Below, one piece after another: positions 26,836 through 40,300 of a stretch of 64,000 nt of DNA; the first letter of the stretch is position 1; the number at the start of each line of letters is the position of its first letter. Below the pieces are notes generated by a model, which was given only the letters and a program-made list of their open reading frames with translations, was not told the DNA's origin and made no database searches. This stretch comes from Mobula hypostoma (lineage: Eukaryota), in assembly GCF_963921235.1 (NCBI RefSeq), contig NC_086118.1:17858001-17922000 (forward strand), in the 5' to 3' direction. A program made the position numbers and the translations under genes.

Positions 26836-28294
26836 GTAAGGGGAACTAGATTGTATCACTAGTATTACTGACACTTTGGTTGAAAGCACGGGCCATTCTA
26901 TACACAGTTCCTCTATAGTACAGATGATATTCAGATCAAAACAGAGAGTCAAGTAGCCACAGAGATAACCAAGGAGGAAAATCCTCTGTACCTCTACAAA
27001 CATCAAGAAGTAATGAATTCCGTGATATTACTCTGATGTGGATGACATGTGTAGAAATGTAGGTTTAAGAAATTTTCAGTCACTAAAAATTTGTGCCCAC
27101 GTTTCTGATCAAATACCTGCCCTGCTGTTGCAAGAGTACATTTGTATTGTGACGAGAACTGTACAGCAAGGTGCCGTAGAATGGGAAGAAGTCAAGCTTA
27201 CAATCACAGGACTTCCTGCAGTGATCCCTGACCTCTGCGGTACCAATTAGTTACGGCAACTTAGCAACAGAAGAGATCAGACACACAGCTTTCTTCTTGT
27301 GCATATTGTAATGGATGGTTAAGCAACGATGTGGGGAAATCACCTGTCCAATTTATAGGCAGGAAAGGCTAAAAATGTCCATCTTATTTGGATGCTAGTT
27401 TGGTAGTGTGAGGAATGGAAAGGGAGGGATTAGAGAAAAGAAAATAACAGTCATTTCCCAAAATAATTCTTCATAGTTTTCCTAGTGATATTCTGCTGCT
27501 GGTTCGTAGAACCACAAATGCCTCATTTGTCATATCCTGAAATTGTCATAAAACACTTAGATGATTGCTATTTCTTTTATGAGAAAATTATTTTAAGGGA
27601 ATGGAACCAGGTCAGGAGCTCAGTCATTTTGTCATTTCGTATTCAGTACAAATAAGCTGATTGAGCTGAATTTGAGCCATCCAACCTAGTTTGTACTGTC
27701 TGCTGGATAAATATCATCAGCTCTTTTGGATAACCAATCAGGATCTTCCAAAAGGAACAAATGCTTCAGTTTCTCAACTGGTCATTTGACCTGGGAATTA
27801 TCTGCCTCCTACAGAAGTCAAGAAAGGGAAAATAAAATTAAAGTAACCATTCATGTGTAGCTGATCTGATTAGTTGGTATTTATTGTTCGATTGTGCTGA
27901 AATTCCAGCTATATAATGAATAAACTATATCTAATTGAATAACAGCTTATTTAGAGTACATTTTGGGTAATATGTGCTCACAAATGTCAGGAGAATGCAG
28001 TATTATGTAGAATATTAATGGATCTTGGTGGTATTTATAGGAAATAATCTTATTGTGGTATAAATGATTTATCTGCTGATTAATAGTACGAGTACTGAGT
28101 TAAGTATCTGCTGGTTCTGGACTAATGACAGGTACTAAAGGAACTGACACCAGGAAAAACATTCTTGACCTCCTTCTGTCACAGAAATTATGGAATGAGT
28201 GGGATCTGCAACTTCATAGACCTTGTAAAAGCTCAGTTTTGGCTTTGTAATGAGGGCATAACAACTATTACGTAAATGGTAGACTGATAAATGG

Positions 28295-28505
28295 ATGACT
28301 GTGGAACAAGCTTCCAGTAGAAGTGGTAGAGGAAGGTTCGATTTTGTCGTTTAAAAAAAAAATTGGATAGGTATATGGACAGGAAAGGAATGGAGGGTTA
28401 TGGGCTGAGTGCAGGTAGATGGGACTAGGTGAGAGTAAATATTCGGCACGGACTAGAAGGGCTGAGATGGCCTGTTTCCATGTTGTAATTATTATATGGT
28501 TATAT
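28295..28505 (+). mobile_element. CR1 3' end fragment
   Basis: TGGAACAAGCTTCCAG..TTGGATAGGTATATGGA..GGGCTGAGATGGCCTGTTTCC, with ATATGGTTATAT tail. Confidence 0.75.
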
Positions 28506-28689
28506 AAGAAATCTTGCAATAGAAAACAGCAGTAGCAAAGTGCTTGGGCAGCACCAAAATCTATGACTTCATGGCTTGGCATCAATCCAAGAGTTCAGTG
28601 GCAGCCAGCTACCATGTCAATACTACTGTTGAGTATGCTTTAGAAAAAGGCATAAAAATTATGAACACATAACACAAGGCAAATTTCTT

Positions 28690-29210
28690 CCTGTCTGTCT
28701 GTCTAAGTACCATATCCGATGCAGACTTTGGTGACCACGGTTTTCCATATAGATCTATCCTTCGTTTTTTGGATGACTTCCATTTCTTCAATGTGTAACC
28801 ACCTGGCTATGCTTTTGATGTACATAAGCCGAGGTCTTCCTCCAGGTTTATTCCCCTCAATCTTTCCAGAGAGTATGAGTTTTTCTCGTTCATCTTTCTG
28901 CATGATGTGTCCTAGGAATCTGAGTTGTCTTTCTCTTATTGTTGGTATGAGTGATCGAACTGCTTGGGCTCTTCTGAGAACTTCTTCATTCGATGTGTGT
29001 GTGGTCCATGATATTTTTAACATTCTCCCGTAGAACCATAATTCAGCTGCTTCTAGTCTCTTTTCCATTGCTGGAGAAATGGTCCAGCATTCACTTCCAT
29101 AAGTCAGGATAGAATAAATGTAGCACTGCAGTATTCTGTTTTCAGTGTACGTGCTCATCTTTCTGTCTGTTAATATGGTCTTCATTTTTTGGAAAGCTTC
29201 TTTCACCATT
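28690..29210 (-). mobile_element. RTE-clade LINE 3' fragment
   Basis: 168-aa ORF with ILTYGSECWT, RLEAAELWFYGRMLKISW, RQLRFLGHI; (CTGT)n tail. Confidence 0.9.
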
Positions 29211-29464
29211 TCTTCCAGTGCAATGCCAAAATTCTGACAGTTAAGTTAGCACACTATCAGTGCATCAGAGTAAAGGCTACATAATAGTGCCAGTGAAGAA
29301 CAGCTCTTCCTTCACAAGAGGTAACTCTCTATATCCACCTTGTCAAGACTATTCAGGATCTTATATTTTTCAATCAACACCCCTTGCACTCCAGCCTGTA
29401 TGAGTCAAGTCTGTCTACCCCTTCCGTCATCAAACAAATTGCCTATTTTAGACATTGCTGTACT

Positions 29465-29760
29465 TTTATTTATTTATTGAAATACAGTGCGGAATAGGTC
29501 CTTCTGGCCCTTTGAGACTTGCTGCCCAGGAACTCCCGATTTAACCCTAGCCTAATTATGGAACAATTTACAGTGACCAATTAACCTACTAACTGGTACA
29601 TCTTTGGACTGTGGGGGGAAACTGGAGCACTCGGAAGACACCCCCATGCTCATGGTAAAGGGCTACACACTTCTTACAGAGGGCACTGGAATTGAAACCA
29701 CGAATTTGATGCCCTGGGCTGTAATAGTGTTGCACTAACTACTATGTAACCGTGGCACCC
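29465..29760 (-). mobile_element. V-SINE (HE1-like) with CR1-type tail
   Basis: V-domain-like GGGAAACTGGAGCACTCGGAAGACACCCCCATG; tRNA-like head near 29680-29760; (TTTA)n tail. Confidence 0.75.
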
Positions 29761-30163
29761 CCTCGTCGTTCTTCTCCAGACTACTTTGAATGCATTATCA
29801 CCCATCCTTGAATAAGCAGACCAGTGCAGTACATGATACTCAATGTAGCGTCTGGCCAATATCTTTAAAACATCCTTTTGTATTCATTTCCCCTAACAAT
29901 AATCAGAAAGCACCAGGCTTTCCTAATTATTTGCTGTAGTTGTGCAGTAGCCTTTTGTGAATCATGCAGTAGGATGCATAGCTCTCTCTGTATCTCTGAG
30001 CTCCTCAGCCGTGCAGCACTTGTATAATACATTTATTTGCATAACGGTGCTGATGTTTTGCAGTAGTGCAACTAAGCTAAAATGTTTTGCTGATGATTTT
30101 CATTTGTACTCGGTGTCTGAGGCTTCTCGCTTAAGTATCCAGCAATGATCAGCCATCATTGAT

Positions 30164-33100
30164 CAGTGGCGGCGCCAGAGATTTTTTCTTGCTGGTGCTA
30201 CAGCGGGGCTGAATTATTCAGTGATGGTGCTGAGGGATGTACTGTATGGTACTATGTATTCGCAAGGCCAGACTCGTGCGTTAAAAAGTCAGTTTCAAGC
30301 ATTATGTGCCTACTATAAATGCCTCTGTTGATTCACAAGCAACAGCAATTGATAGATCTAATATGGAAGTGAACTGTTACAGTGTCAACAGCATCGGCGA
30401 CAACCCGGGCTACACAGACCATAAGCAAACAAACCAACAGAGCATCCGAACCACAGCGCACAACGTGAATCACGCACCAATCCCGCAATCAGCGTCAAAT
30501 GCATGCTTTTCAACTGAAAAACACAACACTAACCCCAATGTCCACTGCTATTCGCTTTACATAGACAGACAATGCCAAAAGATACACCATTATTAAAGTG
30601 AAATAAGGCAAACAACAGATGCAAGGCTTTACCAGGAGTTGGACAAATCGTACTCTGACCATGCAATACCTCAATTAATTCGGCTATTGAATTTAAAACA
30701 AAAATGAACAGAATCACCGCTTGGAAGTCTAAGCAAAACCAGTAGGCTTAATAGCAGTAAATGTAATACTTTAGGATTTGCAGGAAACATAAGGACTATG
30801 GGGTATCCACTACAAAATAATAATAATAATAATAATCAGCATTACTCAGCCTAAATTTTTAAAAAATCAACTGCACTCACCACTGATGTTTTCAGAGAAA
30901 CACAATCTGTCTGTTATTGTGACTGGTGGCGAAAGCATCAATGATTTTCTGGATGTCAAGCGCCTTGGTCCTCCGGCTGTTTATGGCCAACAGAGCCAAG
31001 TTGCTGTTCCGGGGGCATCGCCGTTGCTTCTCCTTAGGTAGTTTTTGACGCGTCTGAGGCAAGAGAAACTCCGTTCGCATGAGGCAGATGTAACAGGCAG
31101 AGTCAGTGATATGCAGATTAGTTTGTATAAATCTATAAATGCATCACGGTAGGGTTTCATTAGAGCTAGAAATTCCACTGTGCTATTCACTGCCTGTCCT
31201 TGCTTTTGTTTTGTTTCCAGCAGAGGCCGAACCTGATGTAGCTCTGCAGTCAGGTTCACTTCTGTCACTCCATAGTATTGGGCCATTGGCCAAAGACAGT
31301 TCTTGTCTAGGAAGAACTTATGTTTGGGACTCAATGCTGAGACTCAAGTCAGAACACTCCCAGTCTCAATTGAGAACCGTCTTTTCATTTCAGTCAGAAG
31401 TCTGTCTATAACTGGATAGAAAAAGTGCTTGCGAAGGTCATCAGAGGATGTGACAGGTGTACGTTCATTTTGGGCCAAAACAACAAAATCATGTAGGCAG
31501 TGGGGTGGCTGGGCCTGTCTCCTTTCATGTGGTCTGCTCTGTATACCGGCCTTGACGCACAGGTCCCTAGCTCTTGTCTGAATTTCACTCCATGATTCCT
31601 CTTCCCGTTTTGCTGAGAGTGCATCAATAACAGAGTGAGCCAAGTCCACAGCGGATGAAAGCTCCAAACTGGGAGATTATAGCTGGTCTGACATGAACTT
31701 GGGACTCGGAATAAATCCTCAGAGTGAGAAGTAAAGCAAACTGCTTGTCAATCCGTCCATTTACGGCTCTGGCCTTCGTTTTCCTCCATGCATTTGGTTG
31801 ACCCATAATATCCTGTAGTGTAGCTAGAATGGCAGGGAGTGATTTCCTTATAGCCCACAAAGCTGTATACTGCCATGCCCAGCGTGCACCTGACAATTTC
31901 TTCAACTCCACGGGCTGTGCAGTTGATTCCAGTTCTCTCTGTTTCTCCATGAAAAGATTGTGTGTAACAGAGTTTGAAAAGAAGTTGTAAAGCAGCTGCA
32001 CAGTTTCAAAAAACTCACCCGCTTGCTGTACATTGCTCACAACATCCACTAAAACAAGCTTAAGTCTGTGAGCATGGCAGTGTATATATAATGCCTGTGG
32101 GACCTCTTTCCTGAACCTCTCTTGTACCCCATTATTGCACCCGGGCATCACTGCCACCCCGTCATAACACTGACCTATACACGCATTCTTATCAATAACA
32201 CACTGGGCGAGTGTTTGTTCAATGCTTTTAAGAAGCGACTCTGTGTCCAACCATTCTGCTGGAGTGAAGTGCAAGAATTCTTTGAACACTGTTCCGTTAT
32301 TCAAATACCACACCACCACTGATATTTGCTCCTTTTGACTCAAGTCTTTACTTTCATCCACCATAATGGCAAAATGTTCAGCCTCCTTGATTTCTGCACT
32401 TATTTGAATTCTGACCATATCTGCCATAATAGCCATGATTTCATTTTGGATATCGTGATGGGTGTTTTTTGCATTTCCAGGATTGTCCTTTTTTTTTTTA
32501 GCTACAGTCCTATCACCCTGTCCAATTACAATGAGCAACTCAACAAAGTTTCCCCTATTGCCAGATCCATCATCCTCCCGGTGTCCTCGCTGGGCAATGC
32601 CTTGGCACGCAGTATAGTGTAGAGACTCAACCACATCTCTCATATACTCACAATTTTCTTGGACAATCTTTGCATGTCCTTTGTCAAACATATTTCCCAA
32701 TCTTGAACCATCTTGTTTTCTCAATCTGAATTCGGCCCATGCCTCCATAGCAAACTTATGAGCTGCACTGACATGGTGGGTTTTGAAAGCTCTTGTAGCT
32801 CTCTGCCAGTTGCGGTAACCGGAGACAGTGAAGGTGGACTCAGAATGGAACCCATGTCCTCCACACAGGAAATGTCTGCATGTGAAGCAGAACATAGTAT
32901 CTTTCGTCATCGAATATTCCAGCAGGTCAAACCAGCCACGAATAAAACTCCTTTGCTGATTGCCAAACTGTTGCGAGCAGTGAAGGGTACTTTTTGAATG
33001 CTAGCCGACGGGTTCCTTCCTCAGGCTGCTGGCTAACATCACTAACAGAATTCCCACTAGCACTAAGAGCAGCTTCATCCACGTTCTCTTCCGAATCCCG

Positions 33101-33598
33101 CTCCATTTCTTGTTCCTCTACTTCGCCTTCACACTCCTTCGATGAACTGCTGTCGTCCTCATCCCCACTTACTTCTTTCTGCATGTCGCTTTCAATTAAG
33201 ACAGGCTCAGGCTGAGACACCACTGATTCCTCTGGACGAGGTCGTTTTCTCATTAAAAATCGATCAATTTTTCATGCCGGCCAAAATAATGCACGTGCCA
33301 GGCCCACGCTAGCTTGTAAAAGCACTATGTGTGTGGCATCTGTTAATCTCATGAGACCATGGATCTGCGCCTGGATATATACTATCCATCTCTTGCGTGA
33401 TTGAGAGTGAGTGACATCACCACCTTAAGTAATCTTAGATCAGCTTAACTGACCTGAGGACAGCAATGGCAAGACATTGACACCGAACGAATAAGCAGAA
33501 GTGTAGAGAGGACAAATTTCAGTTAATTTCTTGGTGGTACTATGGTGGTGCTATTGTAATTTCTGGTGGTGCTATAGCACCACATAGCGCCACCCCCG
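30164..33598 (-). mobile_element. Full-length hAT (Tip100/ZMYM1-like) DNA transposon
   Basis: Imperfect 14-bp TIRs CAGTGGCGGCGCCA / TAGCGCCACCCCCG; perfect 8-bp TSD TCATTGAT (30156-30163 / 33599-33606); GGTGCTA subterminal motifs at both ends. Confidence 0.95.
30892..33253 (-). pseudogene. hAT transposase pseudogene (TTF-type zinc finger, DUF4371-like region, C-terminal dimerisation domain)
   Basis: Five ORF pieces separated by frameshifts: FCFTCRHF, RGHRED..NRGNF, IMVDESKD, CYDG, IHCHAH, LPVTSASCERSFS. Confidence 0.92.
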
Positions 33599-34696
33599 TC
33601 ATTGATTGATTCCAGTTGTTATGATACCATTTCTCCATGACGACGATGTCTTGGTGAAACCTTTCGCCATGCTCGTTACTGGCAGTTAGTGCCAGGATTT
33701 GCAGGGAAGAAGTCTAACTGGGATGCAGAAAGTAAATCTTTGTGATATATTATACTTAATGGTTTCAGCTTACATTGTGGGCAACATTTTAATTGACTTG
33801 AATTATGAATTGAAACAACCAATACAAATAATTTCAATAAAGTGGTATGTGATAGGGAAATTCCCTGGTGATTTTCATGATCAGCAGCCTAAACCCCAAA
33901 GGTTTTCAGGAAGCAAAATCTTTGTTGGCCAGTGTAATTGTCCAGCTATGTCTTATTCTTAAAAGATAAACCTAGTAGAGTTCATTCACATCCACTCAGC
34001 TTTATTAAAGTGCAGCACAGTTAATGGAAATTTTAAAAAAGGCAGCTGTCAATATTGCAGTACAGTGGCATTAGTAAGTTGCTTTTTGTACGCCAGAAGA
34101 GAGGAATACATTGTTGTGCTCACCATAAAAAAAACAATATATCATTATAGAGCATAGGGTTGCCTTGTGATCAAAGAACAAATGGGAAAATCTGCCAACG
34201 ATTAGAGTTAAACCTGACCCAAAGAAGGACAATTTTGTGGAAATGGGGGAGGGGGTGGTCAAAAACAAACCATAGCAGCTCCAGCTCATATTTCTGGCTT
34301 CAAAGACGGTATTTCCAGCTGCTTCAGAGACTCTCTGGATCATGTGCTTCATTGATAGAACAATGCTTGGCTCCACTCATAACTATTCAATTAATTTTGC
34401 TGGATCCATCTGTAGCAGGATCTAGGTATAATGTCAGCTTGAACTAGGATGTAATAGGTAAGAATGAAGCTGTATAAATGGAATGCATATAAATACCTGC
34501 AAATAAAACATGACCCACCACCTTCCAGTGGTCTTCAGTCTTATTTTAACCGCTGAGGTGTGCATACTGTGGCTGAATTATGGTGTACATTGTTACAGTT
34601 AAACTTATCACTGCCAAGGCTGCAAGAGGAAGCTCATTTGCTGAGCCTTCAGTGTCCCCCTATTGTCCACAAGGCTTGTCTACAAAATGACGAATA

Positions 34697-35529
34697 CAGG
34701 TGCACATTCCTTTATCCGAAATTCTGAAATCCACAAAGCTCTGAAAACCGAAGTTTTTTTGCCGACAGCTGATGTCACTCAGGTGTGACGTGGCAGCACT
34801 AGCAGGGGCCGCCAGACGTCAGTTGTGGCTCAGCGCTCGTACTGGTTACACGTGCATTTGCTGTTCGCTGGTATTTTGTGTTCGCTGTTGACTTTGTGTT
34901 TAATTTCACTGTGAAAATGTCAAAAAGAGCTGCAGATACCCCTATGGGTAACACTGAGAAAAAGAGAAGGAATCTTCTCTATCAATAACGCAGAAAGTGG
35001 AATTATTGCAGAAGCTTGATCGTGATGCGTCTGTGCGGCATCTTACTGAAGAAAATAGTGTCGGAACTACCACTGTATATCACTTAAATAAACAGAAAGA
35101 CAAGTTACTGAAATTTTATAGTGACAGTGATGTTCTGCATTTATTCCAATAAGTCATTTACCATGTGTTTGATTCTGTTCATTTGAAGCAGTATATTTTT
35201 ATGTTTTATTGAATGTTTTTTTGGAAATAAAATTTCTTCTTGTCATTATTCCCTAAACAATACAGCATAACAATTACTTACATAGCATTTATGTTGTATT
35301 CGGTATTATAAGTAATCTAGAGATGATTTAAAGTATACGGGAGGATGTGCGTAGGTTTGGTGTGCTGCTGGGTCTTAAAGTCCACTGCACTGAGACAGGT
35401 TAAATAAGGGATTTGAGCTTACGTGATTTTTGGTATCGGGGGGGGGGGTGGGGGTTCTGAAATCGGAAAAATTCTGAATTCCAAAATGCAACTGGCCCCA
35501 AGGATTTCGGATAAGGGATTGTGGACCTG
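34697..35529 (+). mobile_element. Non-autonomous pogo/Tigger element
   Basis: TA TSD; TIRs CAGGTGCACATTCCTTTATCCGAAAT / ATTTCGGATAAGGGATTGTGGACCTG; N-terminal transposase HTH remnant from 34917 (MSKRAADTPMG..SITQKVELLQKLD..VGTTTVY). Confidence 0.92.
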
Positions 35530-35693
35530 TATACGCATTCACCTCACTTATCCTGCCTCCATTTTAAATGTACTCAGTGAACTGGTCTCCACAGTCCTTT
35601 GCAATGAATTCCACAGATTTACCACCCTCAGCTAAAAAAAAAAGTTAATCCTTTTCTCTTTTCTAAGTGGAAATTGATTTGTTTTGAGACTGA

Positions 35694-35874
35694 GTCCTCT
35701 GGTCCTAGACTCACCCACTACCGGAAACATCCTCTTCACGTCCACTCTATCTGTGTCCTCTGGTCCTAGACTCACCCACTATAGGAAATGTCCTCTTTAC
35801 GTCCACTCTATCTGTGTCCTCTGGTCCTAGACTCACCCACTATAGGAAATGTCCTCTTCACGTCCACTCTATCT
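35694..35874. repeat. Tandem repeat, 3 x 61 bp, inside CR1
   Basis: Unit GTCCTCTGGTCCTAGACTCACCCACTA..TCCACTCTATCTGT starts at 35694, 35755 and 35816. Confidence 0.95.
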
Positions 35875-37415
35875 AGGCTTTCCAATATTTAATAGGTTTC
35901 AATGAGATCCCTCCCCCATTCATCTAAACTCCAGTGAGTACAGGACCAGAACTATCAAACACTCCTCATAATTAACACTTCCAGTCCCAGAATAATTGTC
36001 GTGAACCTCTTCTGGACCCCCTCTAATGCCAGCATAACATTTCTTGGATAAGGGGCCCAGAACTGCTCAGAATACTCTGTGGGGTCTGACCAATGACTAA
36101 TAAAGCCTCAGAATCACATCCTTGTTCTTAGGTTCTAGACATCTCAAAATGAATGCCAACATTGAATTTGCCTTCCTTACCAGTGACTCAATCTCCAAGT
36201 TATCCATTAGGGAATCTTGCACAAGGCCTCCTGAGTCGCTTTGCACCTCTGATGTTTGAATTTTTTTCTCCATTTAGAAAACAGTCCATGCCTTTATTTC
36301 TTCTTCCTTCTAACAAGTGTCTGACCGTACACTTCGCTTCAGTATATTTCATCTTCCTTTTCTTTGCCCATTTTCCCAGACCTTAGTCCTCCTGCAACAC
36401 GACCTGCCTCTCCTCTTATCTTTGTAACATCTGCAAATCTGGCCACAAAGTCATCAGTTCCAACATCCAAATTGTTAACATATAACGTGAAAAGGAGTCA
36501 TCCAAACCGATCGCTGCAGAACACCAATAGTTACCAGCAGCCAGCCATAATAGGCCACCTTTATTTCTACTCTTTGCCTCCTGCCAATCTTCTACCTATG
36601 CTGGCATCTTTTTTTGTCATACCATTGGCTCTTACCTTGTTAAGCTGCCTCATGTGCGGCACCTTGTCAAAGACCTGAAATCCAAGTAAGCAATGTCCAC
36701 TGACTTTTTGTCTATTCTGCCTGATATTTAGAGTCATGGAGTCAAAGAAAAATTCCACACAGAAACAGGCCCTTTGACCCATCTAATCTGTGCTGTCTAC
36801 TCCCATCGACCTTTCCTCAAAGAATTCCACAGGTTTGTCAGGCTAGATTTCCTTTTAAGGAAACCATGCTAACATTGGCCTACTTTATCATGTGCCTGCA
36901 AATACCCCAAAACCTCATTTTTAATAATGGACTTCAACATCTTCCCATCCACTGGCCAATATTTTCATTTCTTCTGCCTTCTCTCACCTCCCCCGCCCCC
37001 CAGCCTTAAAGAATGGAGTGACATTTGCAATTTACTAGTCCTCTGGAACCATTCCAAAACCTAGTGATTCCTGAAAGATCATTATTAATGCCTCCACAAT
37101 CTTTTCAGCCACTTCTTTCAGAATCCTGGGGTGTAGTCCACCTCCTTTCAGCTTACCAAGCACCTTCTCCTTAGTAATAGCAACTGCACTCACTTCTGCC
37201 CCCTGACACTCCCGAACTTCTGACATTCTGCCAGTTTCTTCCCCAATGAAATCTGATGCAAAATATTTTCATATGACATTTCTTTGTTCCCCATTACTAC
37301 CTCTCCAGCATCAATTTGCAGCAGTCCAATATCCCCTCCAGTCTTTTATTCTTTATATTTTAGAAAAAACTTTTGGAATCCTCTTTTACATTATTGGCTA
37401 GCTTACCTTCATATT

Positions 37416-39970
37416 GGACTCCAGAGCCTGCCGGCCCCGACGCTAGCAGGCATGAACTTCAGATTGCGGCCCCTGCCATTGATCTAGGCGGCTCCAACAC
37501 CTCAGGGCATATTCAAAACCCGGAATCCAGCAACGACCATGGACACCTTCACAGCAATTGCGCAACCACCAACTGCGACGCCAGCCTTGAACTCCAGGCC
37601 GGGTCAAGTGCTGCTGTTGTGACTCCCGTCTCCCCTTCCCCCACCACCACTCTCCGCAGCCCCGTCTTCCTCAGATCCCACCGTCAACTCCTGGGCCCTC
37701 AGAGGCTCCATCTTCCTCTCACCCCAACCCTCCCTTCTCTATTGACACCCCCCTCTGATCCCAGCTCTTATCCGTGCCGGGTCTTTACCATCCCCTCCAA
37801 CCTTCAACTGTCGGAGGCAGAACGCTCTGTTCTCAGTAAGGGCCTCACCTTTGTCCCCCTTCGCCCACACCTCAGTGAGTTCCGTGTTCGCCACGATGCG
37901 GAACTTTTCTTCCGCCGTCTCCGTCTCCGAGCCTACTTCTTCGGCAAGGACTCTTCCACCCCCACCGATGACCCCTTCTCCCGTCTTGAACCCTCCTCTT
38001 CTTCATGGACACCCTGCTCTGGTCTTCTGCCTGCTCTGGATCTCTTTATTGCTAACTGCTGATGGGACATCAACCGTCTCGACTTCACCGCACCTTGTCC
38101 CCATTCCAACCTCACTCCTTCGGAACGCTCTGCTCTCCACTCCCTCCGCACTAATCCTAACCTTATTATTAAACCCGCCAATAAGGGGGGTGCTGTTGTA
38201 GTCTGGTGTACTGACCTCTACCTTGCCAAGGCACAGCGACAACTCGCGGATACCTCCTCTTATTTACCCCTCGATCGTGACCCCACTAAGGAGCACCAGG
38301 CCATTGTCTCCCACACCATCACCGACTTTATCCGCTCAGGGGATCTCCCATCCACTGCTACCAACCTTATAGTTCCCACACCCCGCACTTCCCGTTTCTA
38401 CCTCCTACCCAAGATCCACAAACCTGCCTCTCTTGGCCGACCTATTGTCTCAGCTTGCTCCTGCCCCACCGAACTCATTTCTGCATACCTCGACGCTGTT
38501 TTATCACCCCTTGTTCAATCCCTTCTGACCTATGTTCGTGACACTTCTCACGCTCTTAAACTTTTCGATGATTTTAAGTTCCCTGGCCCCCACCGCTTTA
38601 TTTTCACCATGGATGTCCAGTCCTTGTATACTTCCATCCTCCATCAGGAAGGTCTCAAAGCTCTACGCTTCTTTTTGGATTCCAGACCTAATCAGTTCCC
38701 CTCTACCACCACTCTGCTCCGTCTAGCGGAATTAGTCCTTACTCTTAATAATTTCTCCTTTGGCTCCTCCCACTTCCTCCAAACTAAAGGTGTAGCTATG
38801 GGCACCCGTATGGGTCCTAGCTATGCCTGCCTTTTTGTTGGGTTTGTGGAACAATCTATGTTGCGTGCCTATTCTGGTATCTGTCCCCCACTTTTCCTTC
38901 GCTACATCGACGACTGCATTGGCGCTGCTTCCTGCACGCATGCAGAACTCGTTGACTTTATTAACTTTGCCTCCAACTTTCACCCTGCCCTCAAGTTTAC
39001 CTGGTCCATTTCCGACACCTCCCTCCCCTTTCTAGATCTTTCTGTCTCTGTCTCTGGAGACAGCTTATCCACTGATGTCTGCTATAAGCCTACTGACTCT
39101 CACAGCTATCTGGACTATTCCTCTTCTCACCCTGTCTCTTGCAAAAACGCCATCCCCTTCTCGCAATTCCTCCGTCTCCGGCGCATCTGCTCTCAGGATG
39201 AGGCTTTTCATTCTAGGATGAGGGAGATGTCTTCCTTTTTTAAAGAAAGGGGCTTCCCTTCCTCCACTATCAACTCTGCCCTTAAACGCATCTCCCCCAT
39301 TTCACGTACATCTGCTCTCACTCCATCCTCCCGCCACCCCACTAGGAATAGGGTTCCCCTGGTCTTCACCTACCACCCCACCAGCCTCCGGGTCCAACAT
39401 ATTATTCTCCGTAACTTCCGCCACCTCCAACGGGATCCCACCACTAAGCACATCTTTCCCTCCCCACCTCTCTCTGCATTCCACAGGGATCGCTCCCTAC
39501 ACAACTCCCTTGTCCATTCATTCCCCCCATCCCTCCCCACTGATCTCCCTCCTGGCACTTATCCGTGTAAGCGGAACAAGTGCTATACATGCCTTTACAC
39601 TTCCTCCCTTACCACCATTCAGGGCCCCAAACAGTCCTTCCAGGTGAGGCAACACTTCACCTGTGAGTCGACTGGGGTGATATACTGCGTCCGGTGCTCC
39701 CGATGTGGCCTTTTATATATTGGCGAGACCCGACGCAGACTGGGAGACCGCTTTGCTGAACATCTACGCTCTGTCCGCCAGAGAAAGCAGGATCTCCCAG
39801 TGGCCACACGTTTTAATTCCACATCCCATTCCCATTCTGAGATGTCTATCCACGGCCTCCTCTACTGTAAAGATGAAGCCACACTCAGGTTGGAGGAACA
39901 ACACCTTATATTCCGTCTGGGTAGCCTCCAACCTGATGGCATGAACATCGACTTCTCTAACTTCCGCTAA
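37416..39970 (+). pseudogene. PLE RT + Cys-rich linker + GIY-YIG endonuclease ORF with one in-frame stop (38060-38062)
   Basis: Track ORFs 37373-38062 and 38609-39970 share a frame, and the gap translates openly (KPANKG, FYLLPKIHK, GRPIVS); then DVQSLYTSI, GVAMGTRMGPSYA, RYIDD, CKRNKCYTC, GVIYCVRC..LYIGET. Confidence 0.95.
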
Positions 39971-40264
39971 GGCCCCACCTCCCCTTCGTACTCCATCTGT
40001 TATTCATTTTTATGCACACATTCTTTCTCTCACTCTCCTTTTTCTCCCTCTGTCCCTCTGACTATACCTCTTGCCCATCCTCTGGGTCCCCCCCCCACTT
40101 GTCTTTCTTCCTGGACCTCCTGTCTCATGATCCTCTCATATCCCTTTTGCCAATCCCCTGTCCAGCTCTTGGCTCCATCCCTCCCCCTCCTGTCTTCTCC
40201 TATCATTTTGGATCTCCCCCTCCCCCTCCAACTTTCAAATCCCTTACTCACTCTTCCTTCAGTT

Positions 40265-40300
40265 AGTCCTGACAAAGGGTCTCGGCCTGAAACGTCGACT
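40265..40300 (+). ncRNA. Minimal type-I hammerhead ribozyme motif with core mutation (CUGACAA)
   Basis: AGTC-CTGACAA-AGGGTCTCGGCCT-GAAAC-GTC-GACT; conserved G8 changed to A. Confidence 0.75.

Noticed and set aside
30892..33253. Nested host gene (ZMYM1-like) antisense in the intron
   Set aside because: Multiple frameshifts plus TIRs and TSD show it is a transposon relic.
35694..35874. CRISPR-like array
   Set aside because: Head-to-tail units without unique spacers, in eukaryotic LINE sequence, with no cas genes.
38060..38062. Single in-frame TGA in the PLE ORF as a possible selenocysteine codon (some Naiad-clade PLEs encode selenoproteins)
   Set aside because: The context TGC-TGA-TGG is most simply CpG decay of CGA-CGG, the element looks Neptune-type, and I could not identify a SECIS.
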